63,390 nucleotides of DNA from a bacterium (GTDB taxonomy: Bacteria; Zhuqueibacterota; Zhuqueibacteria; Oceanimicrobiales; Oceanimicrobiaceae). The notes beneath the pieces were generated by a model, which worked only from the letters and a program-made list of their open reading frames with translations, was not told the DNA's origin and did not search any database. The translations under genes were made by a program, and so were the position numbers. Below, piece by piece: positions 9,388 to 18,183 of the stretch (its first letter is position 1; each line of letters starts with the position of its first letter). Where the stretch lies: positions 1 through 63,390 of the forward strand of contig JBBIIG010000012.1 of the NCBI GenBank assembly GCA_037446635.1, written 5' to 3'.

Positions 9388-10476
9388 ATGCCGAACCTTC
9401 AAGCTTGGCAAATGCATCAAGTTGCGCAGCCCATGCGCGTCGTCAAACTAGCCGTTCCGCCGCTGGCGCCGAATGAAGTCCTGGTGCGGGTCGCCGGCTG
9501 CGGCGTGTGTCACACCGATTTGGGATTTTTTTATGAGGGCATCCGCACCGTCAAGTCGCCGCCGCTGACTCTGGGGCACGAAATCAGCGGCTTCGTCGAA
9601 GATGCCGGCTCCGACGCCAGACGCTGGATTGGCCAGGCGGTGATCCTGCCGGCGGTGCTGCCCTGCGGCGAATGCGATTTGTGCAAGAAAGGCCGCGGCG
9701 CCATCTGCCGCCAGCAGAAGATGCCGGGCAACCACATCGACGGCGGGTTTGCCAGCCACGTGGTGGCGCCGAGTCGATACTTGTGTGCAGTGCAGGTGAA
9801 AGATGAAACAGCCCTATTTGGAAATTCGGGCGTGACTTTACACGAACTCTCCGTGATTGCGGACGCCGTGACCACGCCCTATCAGGCGATTAAAAACTGC
9901 GGCTTAACAAACGGTGATCTGGCGATCTTTGTTGGCGTCGGCGGCATTGGCGGCTTTGGGGTGCAGATCGCCAAAGCGCTGGGCGCCACGGTCGTCGCCA
10001 TCGATGTCGATGACCGCCGGCTGCAGACGCTCACTCGGTTCGGCGCAGAGGCCACGTTCAATCCAAAACAAATGGACAAGAAAGAGCTTCGCAAAGCCCT
10101 CCAGAATTTTGTTTCGGAAAAATCGCTCTCGTCCTACGAGTGGAAAATCTTCGAGACTTCGGGCACCAAGGCCGGCCAGGAGTTGGCTTTCAGTCTCTTG
10201 ACGTTTGGCGCGACAATCAGCGTGGTAGGGTTCACGATGGATACCCTCGAGCTGCGGCTCAGCAACCTCATGGCCTTCGATGCCCGCGCCATCGGCAACT
10301 GGGGCTGTGATCCCAAATATTATCCCGAGGTTTTAAATTTAGTCGAAAAAGGGCAAATTAAACTGGCGCCGTTTGTCCAGACATTTCCCCTCAGTCAAAT
10401 TAACAGCGTCTTTGAGAAAGTTCACCATCGTGAATTAGACAAACGCCCGATCCTCGTTCCCGATTTTAAGAACTAA
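9388..10476 (+). CDS. had: 6-hydroxycyclohex-1-ene-1-carbonyl-CoA dehydrogenase (Had/BzdX/BamQ)
   Basis: Zn-ADH motifs CGVCHTD and GHE, structural Cys cluster, WKIFETSG and RLSNLMAFDA..GNWGC; gene context. Confidence 0.9.
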   Translation: MPNLQAWQMHQVAQPMRVVKLAVPPLAPNEVLVRVAGCGVCHTDLGFFYEGIRTVKSPPLTLGHEISGFVEDAGSDARRWIGQAVILPAVLPCGECDLCKKGRGAICRQQKMPGNHIDGGFASHVVAPSRYLCAVQVKDETALFGNSGVTLHELSVIADAVTTPYQAIKNCGLTNGDLAIFVGVGGIGGFGVQIAKALGATVVAIDVDDRRLQTLTRFGAEATFNPKQMDKKELRKALQNFVSEKSLSSYEWKIFETSGTKAGQELAFSLLTFGATISVVGFTMDTLELRLSNLMAFDARAIGNWGCDPKYYPEVLNLVEKGQIKLAPFVQTFPLSQINSVFEKVHHRELDKRPILVPDFKN

Positions 10477-10481
10477 ATCGA

Positions 10482-10618
10482 GCGCAGATGACGCGGATGA
10501 GACGGATTTACGCAGAAAAAAAAGTACAACACGAGGATCACAAGCTTTGTATAACGTTGTGTTCCGTGATAAATAAAATCCGTGAGAATCTGTCCAATCC
10601 GTGTCATCCGTGTGCTAT
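10482..10618. repeat. 9-bp-period inverted repeat with no intact cargo gene
   Basis: cgcagatgacgcggatgagacggatttacgcaga ... atccgtgagaatctgtccaatccgtgtcatccgtgtg. Confidence 0.75.
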
Positions 10619-10633
10619 ATAGAGGAGACGCTC

Positions 10634-11725
10634 ATGAACGAATTTAAAGATCACAACCTCGTCCCCGATTTCAAATTTACCGAAATCAAATATCAACTCA
10701 AACCTTGCATCGACCCGAAGGGGCAGCCGGTCGAGGGCTTGTACAATGCCTGGATCATTTTAGACAACCCGCAGCAGCTCAATTCTTATACTACCCAAAT
10801 GGTAAAAGAAGTGATTCTGGCGTTTCGAACGGCATCCAACGCCCGCAATGTAGCGGCGGTGGTGTTCACCGGCGCCGGCGATCAGGCGTTTTGCACCGGC
10901 GGCAACACCAAAGAGTACGCCGAATACTACGCCGGCCAGCCCGAAGAATATCGCCAATACATGCGGCTGTTCAACGACATGGTCACGGCGATTTTACACT
11001 GCGACAAGCCGGTGATTTGCCGCGTCAACGGCATGCGCGTCGCCGGCGGCCAGGAGATTGGCATGGCCTGCGATTTCTCCATCGCCAGCGATCTGGCGGC
11101 GTTCGGGCAAGCCGGCCCAAAACACGGGTCAGCGCCGGACGGCGGCTCCACGGACTTCCTGCCGCTGTTTGTGGGCATCGAACACGCTATGAAAAGCTGC
11201 ACCCTGTGCGAGCTCTGGAGCGCCCACAAAGCCTACCGCCTGGGCCTGCTCACCGACATCGTGCCGGTGTTGAAAATGGACGGCCGCTTCCTCCCCAATC
11301 CGCTGGTGATCACCGAACGCTGGCTCGATGACAACGGCAAAATCGTGTACGGCGAATTTCGCACTGGCGCAGAAAAGGAGAAAGCCAAAGAGCAACTGGC
11401 GCGCTGCGAAAAAGATTTGTCGCTGCTGGATCAAGCGGTCGATCGCCTTTGCACTTCGCTGCTGATGACCGTCCCCGGCTGCCTCACCAAAACCATCGAA
11501 TCCCTGCGCAAACACAAGCTCGAGCACTGGGACCGCAACCGCGAGGGCAACCGCGCCTGGCTGGGAATGAATATGCTCACCGAGGGCAAAGCCGGATTCC
11601 GGGCATTTAACGAAGGCGTCAAAGGGCAGCGCGAGGTGGATTTCATCAAGCTGCGGCAGTTGCTGGCGCAGGGGCAGCGCTGGGGAGATGAGTTAATCGA
11701 AGCGGTCATGCCGCCGCGAAAGTAA
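10634..11725 (+). CDS. oah: 6-oxocyclohex-1-ene-1-carbonyl-CoA hydrolase (Oah/BzdY/BamA)
   Basis: LDNPQQLNSYTT, FCTGGNTKEYAEYYAG and GQAGPKHGSAPDGGSTDFLP signatures. Confidence 0.93.
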   Translation: MNEFKDHNLVPDFKFTEIKYQLKPCIDPKGQPVEGLYNAWIILDNPQQLNSYTTQMVKEVILAFRTASNARNVAAVVFTGAGDQAFCTGGNTKEYAEYYAGQPEEYRQYMRLFNDMVTAILHCDKPVICRVNGMRVAGGQEIGMACDFSIASDLAAFGQAGPKHGSAPDGGSTDFLPLFVGIEHAMKSCTLCELWSAHKAYRLGLLTDIVPVLKMDGRFLPNPLVITERWLDDNGKIVYGEFRTGAEKEKAKEQLARCEKDLSLLDQAVDRLCTSLLMTVPGCLTKTIESLRKHKLEHWDRNREGNRAWLGMNMLTEGKAGFRAFNEGVKGQREVDFIKLRQLLAQGQRWGDELIEAVMPPRK

Positions 11726-11728
11726 TGC

Positions 11729-11763
11729 AAGGTGCCACGCACTTCCGAAAGTGCGTGGCACCT
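11729..11763. repeat. Perfect GC-rich hairpin (REP-like)
   Basis: aggtgccacgcactt-ccga-aagtgcgtggcacct. Confidence 0.8.
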
Positions 11764-11780
11764 AAAAGAGCTTACTATTT

Positions 11781-12224
11781 ATGGATTTCACCCTACGCAA
11801 AATAACCGCCGCCGATAGCCAGGCCATCATCGCTATCGATGCCATTCACTCCGGAGCGGCCAAGCCCGAGTACTGGCAGGAAAGGCTCAAACCGTTTTTT
11901 GAGCGATCAAAAAACAAGCAGCTGACTCTGGGGTACGTGGCGGTTGCCGAGGGACGCGTGATCGGCTATATCCTGGCTGAAGGCCGCGCCTGGGAATTTG
12001 GCTCGCCCCTCTGCGGCTGGATTTTTGCCATTGGCGTGGATCCCAAATGCGGCCGCAAGGGAGTTGGGTTGGCTCTCTGTCGCGAAGTGTGTTTGAAATT
12101 CAAATCCCTAAACATTCGAACCGTGCGCACTATGGTGCGAAAAGACGACCTCGACGTGTTGAGCTTCTTTCGCGCCTCGGGATTCAAAGCCGGCCCCTTC
12201 ATTGAGCTGGAGTTGGAACTTTAA
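11781..12224 (+). CDS. GNAT N-acetyltransferase (BadL-like by context)
   Basis: RAWEFGSPLCGW and the acetyl-CoA loop GRKGVG. Confidence 0.8.
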   Translation: MDFTLRKITAADSQAIIAIDAIHSGAAKPEYWQERLKPFFERSKNKQLTLGYVAVAEGRVIGYILAEGRAWEFGSPLCGWIFAIGVDPKCGRKGVGLALCREVCLKFKSLNIRTVRTMVRKDDLDVLSFFRASGFKAGPFIELELEL

Positions 12225-12232
12225 AAATAGAG

Positions 12233-12322
12233 TATTGGAGTAATGGATTATTGGATCAATGATAGGTGACTCACCAAAAAAGCTTTACAATGATCCATAA
12301 ATCCATTAATCCATCGATCCAA
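12233..12322. repeat. 8-bp-period TGGATTAA/TTAATCCA inverted repeat, copy A
   Basis: tggagtaatggattattggatcaatga ... tgatccataaatccattaatccatcgatcca. Confidence 0.85.
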
Positions 12323-12339
12323 AAAACTTTGGAGCCGAT

Positions 12340-13110
12340 ATGGTCTATAAAAAAATCGAAGCAAAATTACCGCACAATAATCAGGTACTTGCTCTCACTC
12401 TGAACGCTCCGAAGGGCAACGTACTGGATAAAGAGATGATGGGCGAGCTGACGCAAGCCGTTCGCCAGCACGGGCAGGAAGCCGCGATTAAAGCGCTGGT
12501 GTTTCAGGGCGCCGGCGACAATTTTTCCTTTGGCGCCAGTGTCCCCGAACACCAGAAAGAAATGGTTGGCGAGATGTTAATCACATTTCACGGGTTCATG
12601 CGAACTCTGATTGAAACCAGCAAGCCGATGTTGGCGTTGGTGCGCGGCCAGTGCCTCGGCGGCGGTTTGGAGCTGGCGGCTTTCTGCAACTGGATTTTCG
12701 CGTCCGAAGAGGCCGTGTTCGGTCAGCCGGAAATTAAATTAGCGGTGTTCCCGCCGGTGGCGTCGCTGATTTTGCCCCACCGCATCGGACAATCCGCCGC
12801 GGATGATTTGATATTGAGCGGGCGCGCCATTTCCGCACACGAGGCAAAGCAGTTGGGACTGGTGTACTCGGTTTCGGCCGACCCCGAAAAAGCGTTGAAT
12901 GAATTTCTAACGAATCACATTTTGCCCAAAAGCGCCGCAGCACTGCGGTTTGCAGTGACCTCCGCTCGTTTTGAAATGCACCAGGCGTTTTTGAAAAACA
13001 TCGATGCGGTGGAAAAGCTGTACCTGCAGGAATTGATGGCTACGAAGGATGCCAACGAAGGCATCCGCGCGTTTATGGAAAAGCGGCAGCCGGTGTGGAA
13101 AAATCGCTGA
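12340..13110 (+). CDS. dch: Cyclohexa-1,5-diene-1-carbonyl-CoA hydratase (Dch/BzdW/BamR)
   Basis: Crotonase fold: LNAPKGNVLD, FSFGASVPEH, CLGGGLE and GQPEIKLAVFPP; gene context. Confidence 0.87.
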   Translation: MVYKKIEAKLPHNNQVLALTLNAPKGNVLDKEMMGELTQAVRQHGQEAAIKALVFQGAGDNFSFGASVPEHQKEMVGEMLITFHGFMRTLIETSKPMLALVRGQCLGGGLELAAFCNWIFASEEAVFGQPEIKLAVFPPVASLILPHRIGQSAADDLILSGRAISAHEAKQLGLVYSVSADPEKALNEFLTNHILPKSAAALRFAVTSARFEMHQAFLKNIDAVEKLYLQELMATKDANEGIRAFMEKRQPVWKNR

Positions 13111-13207
13111 CTGGATCGATGGAATAATGGATTAATGGATTTTTGAGTTACCGCGCACTGATCCATTGATCCATTGATCCATTAATCCATCAATCCATGA
13201 ACCCAGC
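13111..13207. repeat. 8-bp-period inverted repeat, copy B
   Basis: tggatcgatggaataatggattaatggat ... atccattgatccattgatccattaatccatcaatcca. Confidence 0.88.
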
Positions 13208-13230
13208 ATAACTAATAAAACTTCATATCC

Positions 13231-13953
13231 ATGTTGACGCTTAATTTCTCAAATAAGATTGTGATCATCACCGGCGGCAGCAGCGGCATTGGCGAAACCA
13301 CCGCCCGCCTGTTTGCTGACTCCGGCGCGCGTGTGGTGATTGTGGATTTGCAGCCGCCGAGGGAATTAATAAAAAACAGCCGCTTTCTGCAAACGGATGT
13401 GTCCGACTTCACCGCGGTGCAGAAATGCGTCGAAACCATTTTGTCCGAAGAAAAAACCATCGACTGCCTGATCAACAACGCCGGCATCTCCCGGGATGCG
13501 ACGGTCTGGAATATGACCGAAGATCAGTGGGACGCGGTTCTGAATGTCAATCTAAAAGGCGCGTTCAATTTTATCCATCACGTGGCGCCGCATTTCCGCG
13601 AAAGACAGCGCGGCAAAATTGTCAACGTCTCCTCCATTAACGGCCTGCGCGGAAAGTTTGGCCTGGCCAATTACTCGGCCTCCAAGGCCGGCTTGATTGG
13701 ACTTACCAAAACCGTGGCCAAAGAACTGGGGCGGTACAATGTGAACGTCAATGCGGTGGCGCCGGGCTATGTGATCACACCGCTGACTGAAACGCTTCCT
13801 GAAAAAATTATTGCGGAAGCGAAGGCCGAAACCGTGTTTGGACGGCTGGCGGTTCCGGAAGACATCGCGAATGTGATCGCGTTTTTGTGCTCCGACTTCG
13901 CGCGCCACATCACTGGCGAAGTGATTAAAGTCGATGGCGGGCAATATATTTAG
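13231..13953 (+). CDS. FabG-like SDR (BzdZ-like 3-hydroxyacyl-CoA dehydrogenase candidate)
   Basis: TGGSSGIG, NNAGI, SSINGLRGKFG and YSASK motifs. Confidence 0.85.
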   Translation: MLTLNFSNKIVIITGGSSGIGETTARLFADSGARVVIVDLQPPRELIKNSRFLQTDVSDFTAVQKCVETILSEEKTIDCLINNAGISRDATVWNMTEDQWDAVLNVNLKGAFNFIHHVAPHFRERQRGKIVNVSSINGLRGKFGLANYSASKAGLIGLTKTVAKELGRYNVNVNAVAPGYVITPLTETLPEKIIAEAKAETVFGRLAVPEDIANVIAFLCSDFARHITGEVIKVDGGQYI

Positions 13954-13970
13954 CTTGAACAATTCATTAC

Positions 13971-14020
13971 GATGAATGAATGGATTAATGCTGTGCCTTT
14001 CATTAATCCATCAATCCATT
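13971..14020. repeat. 8-bp-period inverted repeat, copy C
   Basis: gatgaatgaatggattaatg ... cattaatccatcaatccatt. Confidence 0.8.
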
Positions 14021-14072
14021 ACTTTTTAGCAACTGAGATCTCATTATCATAAACTTGCACATCGGAGAAAAA

Positions 14073-15239
14073 ATGAAAGCACCAATCTTTGATGGGTGGC
14101 AAGATAAATCATTAGATCAAATCTTTAGCTTCTGCCGCGACTTAGTCGAAGCTCCGGAATACCCGACGGTCCGCCGCTGGCGGGAAGGTGGCGGGAAAGT
14201 GGTCGGTCATTTTCAGGTCTATTTCCCTGAGGAGATCGCTCATGCGGCAGGACTGCTGCCGCTCAAAATCTGCGGCGCCCAGGTCGACGGCATGGCGGCC
14301 GAGTCGCACTTTGGCTCCTACCTGTGTTCGATCATCAAAACTTCGCTGGAGCTGGCGCTCACCAAAAAAGTCGAGCTGGAGATGTTTGTCACTCACCCCA
14401 TCTGCGACGCCGCCCGCAATCTTGCCGCCATTTGGGGCCGCAACTTTCCGTACAAATGCCAGATTCTCTATCTGCCGCAAAATCCCAACTCGCGCTATTC
14501 GATCACCTACTTGCAGCACGAATATGAACGGCTGAAACGCGACCTCGAAGCCATCGCCGGCCGCCGGATTACCGACGAGGATTTGCGCCGTTCGCTTGCG
14601 CTCTACAACGAGAGCCGGGCGTGGATGCGTGAACTCTATGCCATCAAACGGGAATCGCCCTGGCTCATCACCGCGGACGAAGCCTACTCACTAATTGCCC
14701 TGGCAGGATTCATTCCGCGTGAGGAATACAACGAATTCATACGCGCCGTGCTGCCTCTGATTAAACAGCGGCCGGCCAAAAAACAGGACAAGATGCGCGT
14801 GGTGTTCGAAGGCGGGTTCTGCGAGCAGCCGCCGCTCGACTTGCTGCAAACCATCGATCGCTCTTGCTATGTCGTGGACGACGACCTCATGATTGGGCTG
14901 CGCTACATTGTTGAAGATATTCCGCTCGATGGTGATCCGCTCTATCATCTCGCCGAGGCGTATATTGAAAAATCCTCCTACAGTCCGGTGCAGCACGATC
15001 ACCGCAAGCCCAAAGAGAAGATGCTGCTGGAGCGCATTCGCCATTCAAAAGCGGAGGCTGCCATCATCACCGCGCCCAAGATGTGCGAACCCGGCCTGGA
15101 AGAACAAGTGACCTACAGCAAAGCGCTGGACGAGGCTGGCATTCCGTACTTCATCAGCGAGTTCGAGGAAAACCAGACCACGTTCGATCATTTAGGCATT
15201 CAATTGGAGACGTTTGTGGAGAACCTCCTTTTTAGTTGA
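14073..15239 (+). CDS. bcrC: Class I benzoyl-CoA reductase, BcrC/BadD-like (gamma) subunit
   Basis: HgdAB/Bcr family: [34 protein letters not shown] and KMCEPG motifs; gene context. Confidence 0.82.
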   Translation: MKAPIFDGWQDKSLDQIFSFCRDLVEAPEYPTVRRWREGGGKVVGHFQVYFPEEIAHAAGLLPLKICGAQVDGMAAESHFGSYLCSIIKTSLELALTKKVELEMFVTHPICDAARNLAAIWGRNFPYKCQILYLPQNPNSRYSITYLQHEYERLKRDLEAIAGRRITDEDLRRSLALYNESRAWMRELYAIKRESPWLITADEAYSLIALAGFIPREEYNEFIRAVLPLIKQRPAKKQDKMRVVFEGGFCEQPPLDLLQTIDRSCYVVDDDLMIGLRYIVEDIPLDGDPLYHLAEAYIEKSSYSPVQHDHRKPKEKMLLERIRHSKAEAAIITAPKMCEPGLEEQVTYSKALDEAGIPYFISEFEENQTTFDHLGIQLETFVENLLFS

Positions 15240-15244
15240 GGCAA

Positions 15245-15736
15245 CCCACAAAACACACAACCCACAAAACACGCGAAACACACAAAAAATACAAAAGAGG
15301 GTGAACAGTGCCAAAACTTATTTATCCCGATGAAAGTTATGCGATCATTGGAGCGTGTTTTAATGTGTACAAACATAAGGGGTGTGGATTTTTGGAGCCG
15401 GTTTATCAACAATGTACAGAGATTGAGTTTGAATATCAAACCATACCATTTTCTGCACAGAAGAGAATGAAATTAACTTACCGCGGACGCACATTGAAAC
15501 GGACGTTTAAACCGGACTTTGTATGCTATGACAAAATTATCATAGAACTCAAGGCGGTTTCTCATCTCATCGACGAGCATCGAGCGCAAGTAATCAACTA
15601 CCTGAACGCAACTGGGATGCAATTAGGTCTTCTGATAAATTTCGGACATTACCCAAAGTTAGAGTATGAAAGAATAATCTTGACAGATGAGTACAAATAA
15701 TTTTTATCTTTCGTGTCATTTCGCGTGTTTCGTGGG
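15245..15736. mobile_element. Inverted-repeat-flanked GxxExxY cassette inserted between the reductase genes
   Basis: Left arm cccacaaaacacgcgaaacacacaaaa (15261); right arm reverse complement cccacgaaacacgcgaaatgacacgaaa (15709-15736). Confidence 0.65.
15308..15700 (+). CDS. GxxExxY protein (PD-(D/E)xK nuclease fold)
   Basis: GFLEPVY; KPDF...IIIELKA; QVINYL; GLLINFG; visibly more AT-rich than neighbouring genes. Confidence 0.93.
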   Translation: MPKLIYPDESYAIIGACFNVYKHKGCGFLEPVYQQCTEIEFEYQTIPFSAQKRMKLTYRGRTLKRTFKPDFVCYDKIIIELKAVSHLIDEHRAQVINYLNATGMQLGLLINFGHYPKLEYERIILTDEYK

Positions 15737-15739
15737 CAG

Positions 15740-15830
15740 ATTGGATTGATGGATTAATGGAGTGATGGCACACCCCTCCATCAAATCTATTAATCCATTG
15801 ATCCATCAATCCATTAATCCAATAATCCTA
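15740..15830. repeat. 8-bp-period inverted repeat, copy D
   Basis: ttggattgatggattaatggagtgatgg ... ccatcaaatctattaatccattgatccatcaatccattaatccaataatcc. Confidence 0.88.
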
Positions 15831-15851
15831 TTAAGAGGATTCACAATAACA

Positions 15852-17165
15852 ATGAGAGCAAGTCCAATGATAGCGATGAAAGAAAACAACGTAGAGCTCG
15901 TCGGCCGCGGCACCCGCGAGGGCGGGCGACTCTTTCGCGAGTGGTTTCAGGAACTGACCGACGCGGCGGAACAGGGAAAAGGCGCAGCGTATGTTTTCGT
16001 GATGGGCAGCCTCAACGAAATTCTCAAAACCTTCGACTTCCCGGTAGTGTTTCCGGAAATCAACTCCCTGCAAACAGCGGTGCGGCGGGTGGCCGGCGAA
16101 TTCCTCAATCAAGCCGAAGACTACGGCTACTCGCCAGACATCTGCGGCTACGTGAAAGCCGATGTGGCGGTGCAGCTTCGCGGCGGCGCGCACCCCATGG
16201 GTCGCATTCCCAAACCGAGTCTCGCGGTGCTCACCAACGCCTGCAACACCTACATCAAGTGGGCGGAAATCTGGGAGCGCATGTATCAGACGCCGATTTT
16301 TATCATCGATATTCCGGGTACCCGCGCCGCCGGCGCGCAGAGCTGGCCCGGCGATCCGCAGTTTGAACGCGATCGGCGCTATGTGGCGGAACAACTCAAA
16401 GAACTGATAGCCCTCTGCGAACGGGTTTCCGGAAAGAAGTTTGACATTGATAAATTCCGGGAGGTGCTGAGCCACGCCAACGAGATGAGCCGCGGCTGGC
16501 AGCAACTGCTGGAGCTCAACCACAAGCGTCCGGCGGTCTTTAACGCCCTCACCGACGGCACCATCTATCTTGGCGTCGCTAACGGCTTGCGCGGCGCCGC
16601 TGAGGGCAGCCAATTTTTCAAAGAACTGGTGGAAGAGATGGAATACAAATCGACCCACGACATCGGGACGTTAACAGAAGAAAAGTTCCGGCTGTTCTTT
16701 GTGGGCGTGCCGTGCTATCCCATCTTTCGCCGCTTCAACGAATTTTTCACCGAGTGGGGCGGCGTCTTCGTGCATTCCACTTATTTGTGGTTTGCCTCGG
16801 GCGGCACCAACCTCGGGTTTCAGTACGATTTGCAGAATCCCATCGAGAGTTTAGCGGAGGGGCTGCTCATCAGCGTACGCGACGCCATGGACAGCATGTT
16901 CCACCAGCAGCAGGCCATCCTCTCGCTCGCGGATCCGTTTCACATCGACGGCGTGGTCTATCATCCCATCAAAAGCTGCCGCACGGTTTCCACCGGACTT
17001 GCCGACGGCCGCCGCTATGTGATGGAGCGCCGCGACCTCCCGACCCTGTTCATCGAATCGGATTTGATGGACAAGCGGGTGGTCTCGGAAGCGCAGATGA
17101 AGAATCGCATCGATGCGTTCTTCGAGGGACTCATTTCGAGGCAACAATTGGCGGGCAGAATGTGA
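15852..17165 (+). CDS. bcrB: Class I benzoyl-CoA reductase, BcrB/BadE-like (beta) subunit
   Basis: GYSPDICGYVKAD, NACNTYIKW, IKSCRTVS and FIESDLMD...KNRIDAFF motifs; start uncertain (15852, 15867 or 15876). Confidence 0.82.
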   Translation: MRASPMIAMKENNVELVGRGTREGGRLFREWFQELTDAAEQGKGAAYVFVMGSLNEILKTFDFPVVFPEINSLQTAVRRVAGEFLNQAEDYGYSPDICGYVKADVAVQLRGGAHPMGRIPKPSLAVLTNACNTYIKWAEIWERMYQTPIFIIDIPGTRAAGAQSWPGDPQFERDRRYVAEQLKELIALCERVSGKKFDIDKFREVLSHANEMSRGWQQLLELNHKRPAVFNALTDGTIYLGVANGLRGAAEGSQFFKELVEEMEYKSTHDIGTLTEEKFRLFFVGVPCYPIFRRFNEFFTEWGGVFVHSTYLWFASGGTNLGFQYDLQNPIESLAEGLLISVRDAMDSMFHQQQAILSLADPFHIDGVVYHPIKSCRTVSTGLADGRRYVMERRDLPTLFIESDLMDKRVVSEAQMKNRIDAFFEGLISRQQLAGRM

Positions 17166-17170
17166 TTTTG

Positions 17171-17266
17171 ATGGAGTGTGGTGTGAGGATTAATGGATTG
17201 ATGGATTACTGGATCAATGGATGGTTTTTACATCGATCCAGTAATTCATTTATCCAACAATCCATA
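17171..17266. repeat. 8-bp-period inverted repeat, copy E
   Basis: ggattaatggattgatggattactggatcaatgg ... catcgatccagtaattcatttatccaacaatcca. Confidence 0.85.
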
Positions 17267-17298
17267 AGATGTATCACAAATTTTGAAAGGTATTGAAT

Positions 17299-18102
17299 AT
17301 GTCATTCGCAGCCGGAGTCGATGTTGGCTCAACGCAAACCAAAGCTGTCATCATCAACGAAAAAAAAGAGATCGTGGGGCGGGCGCTGGTTGATACCGGC
17401 GCCAACGTGAGCGCCGCAGCCGAAAAGTCATTTCGTAAGTCATTAGAGGACGCCCATCTGGGCGACGAAGAAGTGGAGTACGTCATCGGCACCGGCTACG
17501 GCCGCTATAAAGTCACCTTTGGCAACAAACAAGTGACTGAAATCAGCTGCCACGGCCGCGGCGCGGTGCACCTGTTTCCCGCCACTCGCACGGTGCTGGA
17601 CATGGGCGGGCAGGACAGCAAAGCCATCCGGGTGAGCCCGCAGGGTGAAATCATCGATTTTTGTATGAACGATAAATGTGCCGCCGGCACCGGGCGCTTC
17701 CTCGGCGCGGCGGCAGTGGCGCTCAACATCCCGCTTGAGGAATTGGGCGCGACCGCTTTGAAGGCGGAGAAGGCCGTGCGCATCAGCACTACCTGCACGG
17801 TGTTTGCCGAGTCTGAGGTTTTGTCCTGGCTGGGCAAAGGCAAAAAGCTGGAGGATATTTTTTGGGGGGTGCATCAGTCGATTGCCGCGCGTTCTATCGG
17901 GCTGCTGCGGCGAGTGGGCGTTGAGGAAGAAATCACTTTCACCGGCGGCGTGGCCAAAAACATCGGCATGATTCGCGCGCTGGAAGAAGGACTGAAGAAA
18001 AAAATTAACGTCAGCGATGAATCGCATTTTATGGGCGCCATTGGCGCGGCGCTGTTTGCGCTGGATCACATCATCGCCAGCCGAAAACCGGTTAGTTTGT
18101 AG
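17299..18102 (+). CDS. BadF/BadG/BcrA/BcrD-family ASKHA ATPase activator subunit 1
   Basis: [39 protein letters not shown] and FTGGVAKN motifs. Confidence 0.9.
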   Translation: MSFAAGVDVGSTQTKAVIINEKKEIVGRALVDTGANVSAAAEKSFRKSLEDAHLGDEEVEYVIGTGYGRYKVTFGNKQVTEISCHGRGAVHLFPATRTVLDMGGQDSKAIRVSPQGEIIDFCMNDKCAAGTGRFLGAAAVALNIPLEELGATALKAEKAVRISTTCTVFAESEVLSWLGKGKKLEDIFWGVHQSIAARSIGLLRRVGVEEEITFTGGVAKNIGMIRALEEGLKKKINVSDESHFMGAIGAALFALDHIIASRKPVSL

Positions 18103-18103
18103 T

Positions 18104-18162
18104 GCGAACGAGCGAAGAGTGCATCCAGGCAGCGTAGTCACGCTTTTCGCTCAACGCTTCAC
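18104..18162. repeat. 7-bp-period imperfect inverted repeat
   Basis: gcgaacgagcgaagagtg ... cacgcttttcgctcaacgcttcac. Confidence 0.55.
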
Positions 18163-18183
18163 CGTAAAGCAGGGAGAAAGATT

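Noticed and set aside
15762..15851. N-terminal extension of the BcrB-like ORF (MMAHPSIKSINPLIHQSINP), and likewise 10601-10633 of oah
   Set aside because: These are translations of intergenic repeat arms; the true starts are downstream, next to SD sequences.
12233..17266. Repeated TGGAT/ATCCA arrays as a CRISPR array
   Set aside because: The units are 8-mers arranged as inverted arms and separated by whole genes, with no constant repeat-spacer pattern and no cas genes.
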